Shown one piece after another: positions 1 through 13,341 of a stretch of 64,000 nt of DNA (positions within the stretch are counted from its first letter, which is position 1; each line of letters opens with the position of its first letter). Where the stretch lies: contig JARFYF010000059.1 of the NCBI GenBank assembly GCA_030265395.1, positions 16,247,206 to 16,311,205 on the forward strand, read 5' to 3'. Under the pieces are notes generated by a model. The model had not been told where the DNA came from. It worked only from the letters and a program-made list of their open reading frames with translations, and did no database searches. The stretch comes from Rhina ancylostomus. Lineage: Eukaryota. The position numbers and the translations under genes are program-made.

Positions 1-330
1 TAAATTAATATCAAATTCCTCACAAGGTTTGCTACTGTGGACCACAGAAAAGCATTGAAGGGCACAATGTATTTTTGTGTTGGGATTATCTTTGGTACAA
101 ACATGGTGGAGTACCTCTTGCTATAACTGACCCACAACTGCCTAAAACACGTAATGCGTGACACAAAAAAATAACATTTCATTCTTTAGCCGCAGAAAAA
201 ATATCTACCAAATCAGCATAAATAAATATTGGCAACCAAATACACATCCCCATTTTGTCAAAAATGGAGGCTGGTGCTGGAAGAGCAACATAAAACATCT
301 AAACAATATCATCTGCTATTCTCATCTTAC

Positions 331-483
331 CTTGACAAAATCTGCTGTTATAATTGCAAGTTCTGTTTGTGACCCAGGCAACCACACTGCTTTAATGATA
401 AAGTTACCAGTGGCAAGTTGTGGATGGAGAACAAGGTGATCAGAGACTGATCCTGAACTGCTGAATGTCAGAACATGACAATC
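331..483 (-). CDS. UBR4: UBR4 exon 42
   Basis: [51 protein letters not shown]; tag / gtaaga. Confidence 0.97.
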
Positions 484-1149
484 CTAGAGAGCAAAACAGA
501 TAAAGGTTAATTTATTGCTCTATAATCAATAAATATGTTAAACATAGAATAACTGTGAGCTGACTGAGAAAAACCAATGGCCAGTGACCTACAATGCAGT
601 AAGTGCATGATTGCTGTTGGATCATCAGGTATGAAACAAACTGTAATCAGTACCATTGACAAATATTATCCTTCCAGCCAGAGAATGTTGAAAGATACAG
701 TAGTAAATAATTGAAAGTAAAACTGTCCCTATGTAACCACAAAGTCTGGAGCATGGCTCCAAAGCTAAAAGTGGCGATTTGGACTTTAACCACAGAGACC
801 ACTATTCACATACAAACCTAGTCAATGATGCCCAGAGATGAGCTGACGGATGTAGCCAACCCAATTCAACAAAGCCAACCCAATTCTGTAGTCCTTCAAT
901 GATCAATCCAGTTTGATCCCAGAAGTACTCTTCAACAAATTTTCTATTTGCTTTCTATCTAATATTTCTGCAACTAAATGTTCTGGGCCCATATTTTTAG
1001 TCCAACATGTAATAGAGCAGCACTGAAAGTGACATGAGGTAAGATAAAGGGAGGACATGACCATTAACAATATTCGGTCAAAATTATGATGATAACAGAA
1101 AGGAGATCAGGGTACTGACAAGAAAAGAAAGTTAGTTAATGAAGTACAC

Positions 1150-1420
1150 TGGCCCAAATGAAAATATCCAAAAATAATGAGGAAAATCAACGAGGAAACA
1201 GAAGAGCTTCTAACCACATTCTTCCAAATATCTTTCATTTTGTGGAAGTTGGACATAAAGACTGCTAATGTTCAAAATATCTCTGAAAAGGAATAATCAA
1301 GCTAACTATAAACCAGTCAGCCTAACACCAATAATGCTCAAGTTTCCAGAGCTGATAATGTGGTGTAAAATCAGCATTGGCCTAAAAAGCAAAAAGTTAA
1401 TGAAGGGTAGTCATCTTATA
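1150..1420 (+). mobile_element. Decayed CR1 LINE RT fragment
   Basis: NYKPVSLT motif (RT NYRPVSLT) in ORF 1268-1477. Confidence 0.65.
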
Positions 1421-2679
1421 GCTATAAAACCACAGCATATGGCAAAGGAAGCCACTCAGAAACTGTGCAATTACTGAGTGGCCACTGTTACTGTGCAGCT
1501 CTTAGAAAGAACTATGTAACTTAGGGCTACACCCCATGATTGTAACACACAACCCTGAAAAGTACACTTCAAGACTTTGCCCAACTCTCTGTGAAAGGTC
1601 CCATGAAATCTGCTATTCATCCTAGATTTTACCCAGCACTTGCATGTTTATTTTTGAAGAAATTTGACAGGGCTTTTAAAAATCAATTATTTTGATGGAA
1701 CAAATAAGGAGAAAATGTTCCAATAGTAGAGCATAAATAGAAAATACAGATTTAAGATGATAACCAAAAATAACCAGTGGTGACATAAGCAAACAGACTT
1801 TTATTAAAGGAGTTGAGATTTGACATGTACCACCTAAAAGAATAATAGAAGTAGATTCAATGACAACATCCAAACAGGATTTGTTCTTCAAAACTGAAGG
1901 ACATATTCTTCTTCTGCAATCTTCCCCATATCTGAAATTACTGTTATGGGGTTAACTTTCCTATCCCATTAAATATCTCACCCACCACTATTTGATCCCC
2001 ATTCTAACATATTAGAATATTCACTGGCCAAGTCACAGAGCTAAAAACAGTCCTTAAATAACAACAAGGTATCACATATTTCTTTGAACTAAAAATAAGA
2101 AGATATTCTGAAGTTGTATTCTCTGAGCATACTTGTAGTGAACATAGAAACTTAAAGGTGGGGAAACAGTCACAATGAAGAAATAATTCTATTAATAAAT
2201 GCCATGAACTGCACATTTGGATCTGCATTCAAATAAAAATGATATAATATCACATTGCAGAGGAGGTGATGCTTACTCACAGGGCTATCCAATTAGTCCT
2301 ACTCTCATTCTTTTCCATAAATGCAAACTTCTCCTTTAAGTTTTCACTCCATTCCCCCTGAAAGCTACTATTGAAATGCTTCTACCTTTCAGTCAATGGA
2401 AGCAGCCCAATATTCTTATGTACACATTAAGTATAATATGCCGTGATAAATTATTCTAATTATTCTGAATTCCCTCTCATATTCCAGCGGAGGATTAACA
2501 AGCAATTTATAAAGATTTAATATGACTTTCTTGCTTTTATATTCTTATGCTTCTTCTTATGAAGACAAGGAGGCCCAGACACTTTTTTTGGTTAAAAATT
2601 AGGTATAGGACACAATGTTTTGCAAACAAATTCAATAAGCGATGTCAATGTCTTACCAAAGGTTCCACTCATCACTTAC

Positions 2680-2838
2680 CTTGAGTCCACACACTGCAAG
2701 GTAATCTTCATTACATGGGTTTCCAGTCAGACTCAGAACAGTGAAAGGAACTGGAGCTGAAGCTAGTCGAGTCAGTGTCAGTTTACGTTTGCTTGAGTCA
2801 GCCTGTTTGAGTAAAGCTGATAGTTGGAGCACTGTGAT
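2680..2838 (-). CDS. UBR4: UBR4 exon 41
   Basis: [53 protein letters not shown]; cag / gtaagt. Confidence 0.97.
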
Positions 2839-3499
2839 CTGCAACAAGAAAAAGAACATGTGCCGTCAAGTTTCACCTAAAGGTCTGTTTTATGGAAACA
2901 TCTTTAACGCCACAATGAAAAATCAGAACTCTTCCAGAGTGCGTCCAACTCCCAGTTTTGGGTCCTTCCATTCTCCTCTCCAGCAACTGCCTCAGATTAA
3001 ATGAGAGTGCTGGCAAGAATGTTGTATTAGCTAAATCTCAGAATGCAGCTTCAATGGCTTGCAGAAATTTGGAATTTTATGTGTGTGGAAATTCTACAAA
3101 GTACAAAGAAGGTGGCACTTTATGTCTTCTGTACTCATGGTGGTTTTATTAGCTTTAACCGTGGAACATTAAAATGTTGTCTTGTGCTTAACGCAAGCTA
3201 GTATATTTTAATGGGAAACTTGTAAAAGACTAAAAGTTATACAGAAATAATGTTAACCAATTTATCTAGTCAGTCAAAGAGCAAACTAGATATCAAGTAA
3301 ATAGGTCAAGGAGCAATAAGCAAGAGGCTATGAGAGATGAAGGTGTGACATTGACATGTAATTGGCAAACAGGTCATAAAAGGAGGACAGTGGTCAGTAA
3401 GGGACCAATGCATTAATACAGGGTTGACCGAAATACTTAATTACATTGTAGATATTTTTAAAAGGAAGATTCTGCTGCCAAAGTCTCCAGTTTTTCTGG

Positions 3500-3810
3500 A
3501 CTAGAAGATGGTAGACATTGGTGTGCCCCAGGAGTCGTTGTTAGAGTCAATGCTTCATTTGATATATATTAGTGACTTAGATAAGGATACATAGGCCCTA
3601 AAACTCCTGAAAACAAAATCTCTTCTCTAATTTCAGCCTCTCGTGCATTCCTTTGTCCACCACTGGTGGCTATGCCTGTATCACTTAAATACCATATTCT
3701 AGAAAGCCCTCTTTAAACTTTTATTTAATCTGCTCTCTTCCTCACATGCTTGTTAAGAGCCACTATTGGTCCTGCTCTTCATCAACCATCCCAATATCTT
3801 TCTTTGAGCT
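3500..3810 (+). mobile_element. Decayed LINE fragments (RT motif, then L2-like tail)
   Basis: ggtgtgccccaggag...gatatatattagtgacttagat is a decayed [21 protein letters not shown]. Confidence 0.55.
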
Positions 3811-3942
3811 ACTCAGTTGTCAAGGAATTGTGTTGCAATCTGATCAGGGTTGCCCAGAATTCACAAACATACAAATAGTAAACTAGTGTGAACTCTGTTC
3901 CAAAAAAAAACTTTAAAAGCTGAAGATGATAATGAAATGTAC

Positions 3943-4125
3943 CTTTCCTTTCTCATGGCTAACAGCCAGGTGCTGTCGTCGTCCATGGGGAGAGGAGAGG
4001 ACGCACATAGCAACGCGGCGTAGCACATGTGCACTGATTAGTTGTCGGATCGTTTGTCCCTGATCCCCACTATAGTTCATCCGTACATTCTCAAAGGCCC
4101 CTTCCTGAGAACCCAGAGTTGGAAC
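3943..4125 (-). CDS. UBR4: UBR4 exon 40
   Basis: [61 protein letters not shown]; tag / gtacat. Confidence 0.97.
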
Positions 4126-4843
4126 CTACAGGACCAGAACATTCAGTCAGGATTACGAAAAAATCAAAATCCAATACGAATAATTCTAGTAAAAGATAAC
4201 AAAACAAAAATGAAAAGCAGCCAACTTATTTAAACAAATATAATTTAAGGCACAAAATACACAGAATTCAAATTAAAAAAATATTCCCACCCCAATTGAT
4301 TAAAAATAAACATTACAAATACCAAAAATATTCTAAATAACAGCAGTTATTTCACCACATCCTGCTTTGCAAAATTTCACATGTACTTTGGACTTCATAC
4401 AAGTTATTGCTGCAACACTCAGGAGCTTCTTCTACTTTTTATTGAAAAAAATTGGCACCAAGGATTATGCAGACAGGAAATGTATTGTGAAGTTATGATG
4501 CAGAGGATTGTCCAAGCTTCAATTTCACAAAGGACATTTACTTGATGCGTCATTGTTTTGCACTATATTCTCTTTTACTGGTTGTTATAAAGATATATTC
4601 CTCATGGCTTTCAGTTAATCATAAGCATGGTGTGATGAAAGGACCTGTTTTCATGATTAAATAAGCATTGCGGTATTGCATCATGTGGCTTGAACTTGGA
4701 TCATACGGAGGAATATTATACTGGACATTACAGAGGCACATCACAGCTTACGTATTGCACAGCATTACATCATTCATCATACTCAATTACTGTACCAAAC
4801 ACTTCCTAACCCTCAACACTCCATTTCCAGTTCCAGGGCGTAC

Positions 4844-5014
4844 CATCAGCTGGTCAGTCATTTCCATATTCTTCTCCATTGTGTGTAGATCATCCAATGC
4901 TTGTTGGGCCCTGCTGCTGCTGCCAACCGCTGAGGCTTGTTGAAAATTTGTCTGAATTGCATCCATCAGGAAGACGAGCATATCTAGGACCAATCCAGCT
5001 GTGGAGCAGCCAGA
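4844..5014 (-). CDS. UBR4: UBR4 exon 39
   Basis: SGCSTAGLVLDMLVFLMDAIQTNFQQASAVGSSSRAQQALDDLHTMEKNMEMTDQLM; tag / gtacgc. Confidence 0.94.
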
Positions 5015-5254
5015 CTAGATAAAATGAGAAAGAAACAAGGTTAGTGAATTGAGATGACTTGGGGTGCTTGTGACTGGAGAATTGGTTGGCACAGCAACTT
5101 AGAGGCAAAATATTTGCTATCCAGGTTACAGTCCAATTTAAGCGGTTACATTAAAGATCTCCACTATCTGCAAGGATCAAATATCCAATAAATTTATATC
5201 CTTAAATACAGATGATTATGTGGTGAGCTAATTGAGATGCTAAGTTGATTAATC

Positions 5255-7140
5255 GAGTTGTAGTTGTAATTAGGGATAGTATAGTCAGGGAAATAGAGAC
5301 AATTCTCTGTCGCAAGGATAGAGAGTCCTGAAGGCTGTGTTGCCTGCCTGGTGCCTGGGTTCAGGACATCATCTGACCTGCGTAGGAATTTGAAGTGGGA
5401 GGGGAAGATCCAGTTGCTGTGGTCCACATGGGTACCAACAATGTAGCAGAACAAGCAAAGAAGTTCTGCTGAAAGAATTTGAGGAGATAGGGACTAAAGT
5501 AAAAAGTAGAATCAAAAAAGTAATAATCTCTGGATTTCTATCTGAGCCACATGCAAACTGGCACAGGGTCAATAAGATTAGAGAGTTAAATGCTTGGCTC
5601 AAAGATTGGTGTGGGAGAAGTGAGTTGAAGTCGTGGGACATTAGCANNNNNNNNNNNNNNNNNNNNNNNNNNNNNNNNNNNNNNNNNNNNNNNNNNNNNN
5701 NNNNNNNNNNNNNNNNNNNNNNNNNNNNNNNNNNNNNNNNNNNNNNNNNNNNNNNNNNTTAAAACTAATTGGTTGGGGGGGGTGGGTTCAACAGATTGGA
5801 AAAGTATGAAAAAAGGGAAAGAGTGCAGGAGAGATGACTGAAGTCTCCAGAATAAAAAAAAAGTTTAGAAAGGGATAAGAATTTAAGTTCAGGCAACATA
5901 TGGACAAATTTGAAAAGATGGGTGCTGAATGCAGGACTGAAGGTGTTATATTTGAATGCACACAGTATACAGAACAAGGTAGATGAGCTTATTGTGGGGT
6001 TAGAAATTGCCAGGTACGTCATTGTGGGCATTACAGAGTCATGGCTGAAAGAAAATCACAGCTGGGAACTAAATATCCAAGGATACACATCCTATTGAAA
6101 AGACAGGCAGGTTGGCAGAGGGGGTGGGTTGGTTCTGTTGGTGAAAAATGAAAGTAAATCCTTAGCAAGAAGTGACATGAGATCAAAAGATGTAGAATCC
6201 TTGTGGGCAGAGTTAAGAAACTGCAAGGGTAAAAAGACTCTGATGGGAATTATATACTCCAAATAGTAGCAAGAATGTGGGGTACAAATTACAACAAGAG
6301 ATAGAAAAGGCATGTAAGAAAGGCAATGTTACGGTGGTCATAGAGGATTTCAATATGCAGTATACTGGGAAAATCAGGTTGGAACTGGATCCCAAGAAAA
6401 GGAATTTGTAGAATGCCTATGAGATGGCTTTTTAGAACAGCTTGTGTTCAAGCCCACAAGAGAAAAGGCAATTCTGGATTTGGTGTTGTGCAATGAACCA
6501 GATTTGATTAGGGAGCTTATTAAGGTAAAGGAAACCTTAGGAGGCCGTTATCATAATATGATAGAATTCTCCCTGCAGTTTGGGGCGGGGGAGAAAAGCT
6601 ACAGTCAGATGTATCAATATTACAGTTCAGTAAAAGGTAACTGCAGAGGCATGAGAGGGGAGCTGACCAAAGTTGATTGGAAGGTGACCCCAGCAGGGAT
6701 GACGGTAGAGCAGCAATGGCAGGAGTTTCTGAGAGTAATTCTGAAGACTCAGGATCATTTCATCCCAAAGTAGTAGTACTCTATAGGGAGGATGATGCAA
6801 CCATGCTGACAAAGGAAGTCAAAGGCAGCATCAAAGCAAAAGAGAGGGCATACAAATACAACAAAAATTAGTGGAAAGCTAGAGGATTGGGAAGCTTTTA
6901 AATGCCAACAGAAGGCAACTAAAAAAGCAATAAGAGAAAAAAAAATGAAATATGAAGGTAAACTAGCAAATAAATATAAAAGAGGATACCAAAAGTTTTT
7001 TTTAAGATAAAAGAGGGGAAAGAGTGGACATTGGACTGCTGGAAAATGATACTGGAGAAGTAGTAATGGGGAACAAAGAAATGGCAGATTAACTGATTAT
7101 TTTGCGTCAGTCTTCACTGACACCAGTAATATGCCAGAAT
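5255..7140 (+). mobile_element. CR1 LINE fragment: ORF1 SGNH-esterase region plus ORF2 AP-endonuclease, RT missing
   Basis: VVIRDSIVR, CCLPGA, VVHMGTNN (ORF1); LKVLYLNAHSIQNKVDEL, IVGITESWL, EDFN, PTREKAILDLVLCN, HNMIEF, ending near FASVFT; stops and frameshifts present. Confidence 0.9.
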
Positions 7141-8002
7141 CTCACTGACCACCACCACCTTACTCCCCACTGCTAATCTTAGAAAAACAAAAAGAAGATT
7201 TAATGGATGGATGTGTATATAGGTAACCTTCTGCTGAACTCTTTGACCAGTCTGATGGCACATCAGCCCAGAACTGCAGCACTGCCTTAAAGCATGTTCA
7301 GCAGACCATCAACTACAGGACTGCCCAGCTGGACTCCATCGAGGCACTGCAAACTTCTGAAGATTTCCCATCCAAGAGAAATGCAAGTAAAGCTTTATAT
7401 GTGCTTTAATTGTTAGCTTAAGTGATTCAATTGTTTTAAGTATGCATTGATTTTTTGTTACTCTTAATTTCCAATTCTTGTGTTAATAATTTTATCTTTA
7501 ATGTTATCTTAATCTTTGATGGATTAAAGTGATTGTGACCATTTGTGAACAAAGAGATTCACAAAATTCAACCAGCAGACTTCACAACTGTTGAGGTGGG
7601 TCTTCATTGCTGTCAACATCATTTTTGTTCAACAAGTGACCCTTATCCTTCCATGCTATTTGATGACATGCGATTTCCAAGAGTTATCACTAGGAAGCAA
7701 ATTAGGAGGAGGAAACTTTGCTGATCATAGAACCACCTGCAAGCAACAGTCACCATTCTCGCCACCCACTCCTCCAAGTAACACTGCACAGCACAGATGA
7801 GCAATCAAATGCAAGACCTTCAGGACAAGCTGCTGGTTATTATAAAACTTTCCTCCTTACTTATGGAATTCCTCAGAATTAAGCCAAGTGCAGCACCAGA
7901 ATAGCCTGCAGCATCAAGTCAGCTATCTGCAGCTGGCACTTGTTGACCAATTAATTACACTGTACGAATGAGTCTTGAGCCTCTCAATTTAGTACTCACC
8001 AC

Positions 8003-8233
8003 CTGGCTCTGCAGCTCCTCCCTACAGCCCTCAATCTGCTTGCACAGGGAACTCTTCTTTGGCTTGTCATCCTCACAGGTCTTGCCGTCTGCACTCACCA
8101 CCTTGCACTTGTCTGCTGGAGATGAGCTCTGATGTCGCAGTGCACTTTCTGGGACACGAGGCTCATTCTGGAAGGCAGATGATTCTTTCATGGAGGAACT
8201 GATTCCACTGCTTGGACTCCGCTTTACCAGAGC
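8003..8233 (-). CDS. UBR4: UBR4 exon 38 (alternative donor would extend it to 8000)
   Basis: ALVKRSPSSGISSSMKESSAFQNEPRVPES...KPKKSSLCKQIEGCREELQSQ; ends CAG/gtg/gtgagt. Confidence 0.93.
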
Positions 8234-10257
8234 CTGTACAAACAATGTGAAACATCTGCCTTTAGACCCAGAAAAAGAATTTAAAATTATGTTCAATTTG
8301 CCAGCCTAACATACCACACCCGTCCATGAACACCTGGCCCTCATTACTCAATCCTAGCTGTATTCATAATTGCTAGCTTTGCTATTTAAATATCACAGGC
8401 CTGAAGATTTGGAAAGGGCTGTTTTCAGTGCTAACTGTTGGAAAAATCCTAAATTGGACATCAGGATCAGTTTATAGCAATTCAAGATACACAAAAAAGC
8501 ATGGGATCAGTGTTCCAGGTTTTTTGTTTAAGTGTACAAGTTTCTAGTTATGTTCTTTACTAGAAATGGAAGACTGGAGCCATTCTTCAAGAGAAAATTA
8601 ATCCTGTTCTCAGAAATGATTCACTACAGAACAAGATCGCAGCAGGTAGTCTGAAGAACATTCAGATACAACACTAGCTAATGATAGAATGGTGACATGA
8701 CTGATAAAGATCCCTCTCCTCAATGGAACCCTGTGCATATCATATGCATCTCCATATATAAAAAATCTTTATGCAGTGTTGAAGCAAGTTGCAAATATGA
8801 ATGACTTGAAGAAATGCCTGGAAAGACCCAATCTGAAATCAAAACTTGTGAGGGAGCAATCCAAAATAAAAAAAACTGTGACTTGGGGTATATTAACAAA
8901 CAACTTCTCAACAGTGAACAAACATTTTATATGAACAATCTCAGCAATATTAAAGCCAATCCCCTTCATTATCTCACAACCACCTAAATTTAGATTTCTC
9001 TCATTGCTTTCCTCAACACCCTTCCCTTGTTTTTTTAATCTCATTGCCCTCTAGTACTTCACCCTATCTTAACACACGATTCCAGATTATAGCAAGCAAA
9101 CTGACGTGACAGCAACTATGAGAACCAACCCTGGCTTAATTCAATTTTTCCACATGTACTTAATTATGATCCAGATTTGTGTACCTTGGTAAGTTTCCCA
9201 ACCCAGGGTCTGAGTTAAATACAGACATTATAACACTTTACAGGCTGCTATCAGATAAATGAGTATATTTAGTAATGAGCCTTAACCTCAAGGATCTCTG
9301 GTATTTAATAGTTAGAATAAAAGTGATATTTTGAGTCAATATTTCCATGTATCTGATTAAGCAAGATTTTAACCTTAAGCTTTCATATAAGCAGATAAGC
9401 AAAAATTCTGGCACTTTATAAAAGGAGTATCTTCTCACAGATGTCCTTTTACAAAGCATTTTCAAGTACGATTGAAAGTTTCTCAAGAATTTTATCTAGT
9501 AGTTCCATCAACTGTTTAGTACTAGCAACATTTAAGTATAGAAAAAGGATGAAAGATGTACTGGGTTCTACCGAGGTCTTCACACAACTTTAGAACAGGT
9601 GTCTTTCTTCTTTGCACAGGAACCTGTCCTTTGGAGATGTACCAGGAGATAGGAGAGAAGAATTAATGGACTTGGGTAAGTATTAGAAAACTGTGTCACC
9701 ACAGAAAGCATGGTCTTACTGCTATGGACNNNNNNNNNNNNNNNNNNNNNNNNNNNNNNNNNNNNNNNNNNNNNNNNNNNNNNNNNNNNNNNNNNNNNNN
9801 NNNNNNNNNNNNNNNNNNNNNNNNNNNNNTGGTCTTACTGCTATGGACAGGGAATAACACACACTTATAGGGCTAGAGCTGACAGCATTGGGATAAAATA
9901 TAGAGTTCAGTGTTTAAGTACTTTTTTAAAAAAAGTAAGGTGACCAGCTGGGGCAGCGAAGAGTTGAACACACCTTCTCGAAAGGTGTCATCATTGTCTT
10001 CCAGGAACCTAACTGCCTATTGATCAAGAGAAAGTCCTTAGCCACAAAAGTTGCTTCATCAGGCTAAAAATCCACAGCACAGATCATTTTGTGGAATTAA
10101 CGCTACTTTTAGAGACAATAGTAAGGAAATAGCATTGGAAAAGCTCTTAAATTCTTCAACCAAATTTATCTACCAGAAATACTGATTGGCAAGCTCTGTA
10201 TTGGAAACCCACTTGGTTTCCTATTACTCTTCCATACAAATCCTATTTATTGCATAC

Positions 10258-10405
10258 CTGACAACTCCCATCTTCCTTTGCTCCACAATCACAGAAGAAT
10301 GATCCATACTTGGCGTAAGAAATCTCATGATCTTTGTGACAGACTTTTGCACAAATGGTGCAAACACCTACTCCTTCCACCATCTTACAAGTGTGGCAAT
10401 GATAC
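10258..10405 (-). CDS. UBR4: UBR4 exon 37 (UBR-box zinc finger)
   Basis: [49 protein letters not shown]; Cys/His spacing of the UBR box; cag / gtatgc. Confidence 0.97.
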
Positions 10406-10669
10406 CTGAAACAGCAAGTTACATTGAGTCAGTTCTTCTCTTCCTCATTCATAGGTATACTTAATTTCCAGCTTTCATCATTTTACAGCAGTCAATATTG
10501 CAAAAGCCCTACAATTTACATCATTTGTACACTGTGCAGAACTTTGAAATCATAGGTTTAATTTATGTTATAGAGCGGCAAAACGTAGCATGTCGTTAAG
10601 CAGTTTTCTTCCTTCATTGGTATGTTGCAGTAAACCCTATTACATTCATCACAGAGCCCAATAAAACTA

Positions 10670-13090
10670 AATATCAATTGGGAGCAGGAGGCCACAGAGC
10701 CCTTCAAGTCTGTCCTGTCATCATTCAATAAAATCAATTGATCTGACTGGAACCTGAGTCTTGCATTTCCACTTAGCCCCAGTAAACTTCCATTCCTTGT
10801 TTATCAACAATCCATCTAGCTCCACCTTAAAAATATTTCAAGGTTCTGATTCCACTGTCCTTTTGGAAAGAGTTCAAAGACTCGCACCCTTCTAAGAAAA
10901 ATAAAATTCATGTCATTAGTATCTTAAATGAACAATCCTTTATTTTTAAACTGTGACTCCTAGTTCTAATTTAGCCCTCAAGAGGGAACATCCTTCTTCA
11001 CAAACACCTTGTCAAGGCCTCTCAGGATTTTATATGTTTCAGTCAAGTCCCCTCACTTTACTACACTCCAGTGAAAACAACCCTAGCCTGCCCAATCTTT
11101 TCTCATCAGGCAATACACCCATTCAAACTATCAATCCAGCAAACATTCTTTAAGCTGTTTACAATGTAACTGGATCCTTCCTTAAATAAGGAGAGCAATC
11201 CTGTACACAGTACTCCAGATGTGGTCCCACTGATGCTCTTTATAATTGAACATAACCTCCTTACTTTTGTATTCAATACCTAAACCATAAGTGATAAAAT
11301 TCTGTTAGTTTTCCTAATTACTTGATGTAGCTGCAGATTAGTCTTTTGTAAATCATGCACTAGGACATCTAGAGCCCTCTGTACCTCAGAGCTTTGCAGT
11401 TTATCATTTAGATAATATGCATTTTTTTCCTCATAATATTTCATTTGCAGGATCTCTACTTAAGCCATCTATATCACCTGGTAGCCTTAAGTTCTCTTTA
11501 CAACTTACTTTCCTATCTTTCTTTGTGCAGAAATCTAATTATAATACATTCACTGATTCCTGTTTCTTTTTGACATTACCTAATTACCTTGAATTCTAAG
11601 TGCCCTGCTATATCTTTAGTAAAGGCTGCCAATATTTTCCGTGACAGACGTTATGCTAATTAGCCAGTAGTTTCTAATTTTCTGTCTCTTGCCCTTACTG
11701 AATAAAAAGCATTACTTTTTGTTTTTTTCCAATCTAATGAAACATTCCCCTAAATATGGGAATTTTGTAAAACTGAAACCTACACATCAACTATCTGGCT
11801 AGCCATTTCTTTTAAGATCCTAGGATGAAGCCCATTAGGACCCAAAGACATCTGAACCTGCAACTCCAAGAATTTGTTCTGGACCTCTTCCTTATTAATT
11901 GCAGCTTTCCCAAATTCCTGGGCTAACTCGTGGAATGAGAGTCCTATCATAAACAGAAAAAGAAACTTAGATTTGCATTCTTTGGAGCTTAGAAGAATGG
12001 TGGTGGAAGTNNNNNNNNNNNNNNNNNNNNNNNNNNNTGGGGTGGGGTGGTGATCTTAAAGCATAAGATTCCAAAGGGGCACGACTGGGTAGATGTTGAA
12101 ATATCTCCATTTGTGGAAGAGCCTCAAATGAGGAGAAATAATTACAAGATAAGGGGGCAGTCATTTAAAACTAAGGTTCATTGGAATTTCTTCTTGCAGA
12201 GGGCAGTGCATTTCAACTTCTCTCACCCAGAGGTTGTGGAGTTACTTTAGTGGAACTTAATACCACTCCCACAGGTTAATTCTTGCTGTTAGTATTTCTC
12301 GTCTCCATCCAAACTGCTTCTGCATCATTTATCTGAACTCACATCATCCCTTTCTATTGCAGTAAACAACAGATCCACTCTTCCATTCTTTCCTAGCCAC
12401 CTGTCCATTCCAAATAAAAGTTAGCTTGAATATTCAGGTCCAAATATACGTCACCCTGCAGTCATGTCCCCTGTAATGCCATCAAATATATTTCCATTTG
12501 CACTTAGTTTATTTGAATGCTCTGTTTAGTCAGTAACAGAGTCCTACTTCTGTCCTTTTATTATTTTTGTAACCTCTATCCTTAGCTAATGATTTACTGC
12601 AGGATTTCTACCCTGCATTCCTTCCTGCCATAGTCTTTTTTTATTTCCAATTATTAATATCTTTCTCTCTAGCTTTATCTCTATCCTTTCAGCTCCCAAT
12701 AGCAGTGCTGGTGCCCCATGAAACAAAATCTGCTTCTACAACACCAACCTTTGAGGCACACATTTAGTTCTCTAATCACATTTGCCCTATTCCAAGATGT
12801 ATACAGCTTGGGTAAGAATCCAGAGATCATCATCTTTGAGGTTCTTCTATTTTAGTTTAGTGTGTAGCTCCTCATACAGGCAAAGCAGAACAATACATGA
12901 TTCTCCCCTTCTCACTGTAAGTTCTTCTCCAAGACATATCCTGAACCTTGACACTGGGCTGGCAATGGGCCTTCTGGACTCTTGCTCTTTGCTGCAGAGA
13001 ACAGTGTCAATTGCCCTCACCATACTGCTCCTTACTACCATTACACTCTTGTTTGCTACCCCACTTGAATGGCTTCCTGTTCCACAGTAA
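10670..13090 (-). mobile_element. Old, internally deleted CR1 LINE, with a + strand CR1 3' piece at ~12040-12250
   Basis: CR1 tail at 10680; RT-like segments 11150-11850; 12755-12778 matches the ORF1 of the 5255-7140 copy in reverse (ttagagaactaaatgtgtgcctcaaagg vs ttagagagttaaatgcttggctcaaaga). Confidence 0.7.
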
Positions 13091-13341
13091 AAGGGTTCAT
13101 CAACTTTTAAACAAGTTGCCAGAGGTGGTGGTAGAGGCAGATACAACTGCAATATTTAAAAGACTTTTGAACAGGAAATTCAGGAAAATGGGATTAGCGT
13201 AGATAGGCACCTGGACAAGTTGTGCTGAAGGAGCTGCTTCAGTGCTGTATAACTCTATTAATAATCTGCATACTAAAATACAATGCAACAATCATCTAAG
13301 CTTCACTGTGATCCAGTTTAATGGAAGGCCAATGTTCTCAC

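Noticed and set aside
7230-7410. ~58-codon open frame on the + strand after the CR1
   Set aside because: No start, weak splice signals and no recognisable homology
9711-9848. 19-bp direct repeat (tggtcttactgctatggac) flanking a run of 100 N, resembling a target-site duplication
   Set aside because: An exactly 100-N placeholder with duplicated contig ends is best explained as an assembly overlap
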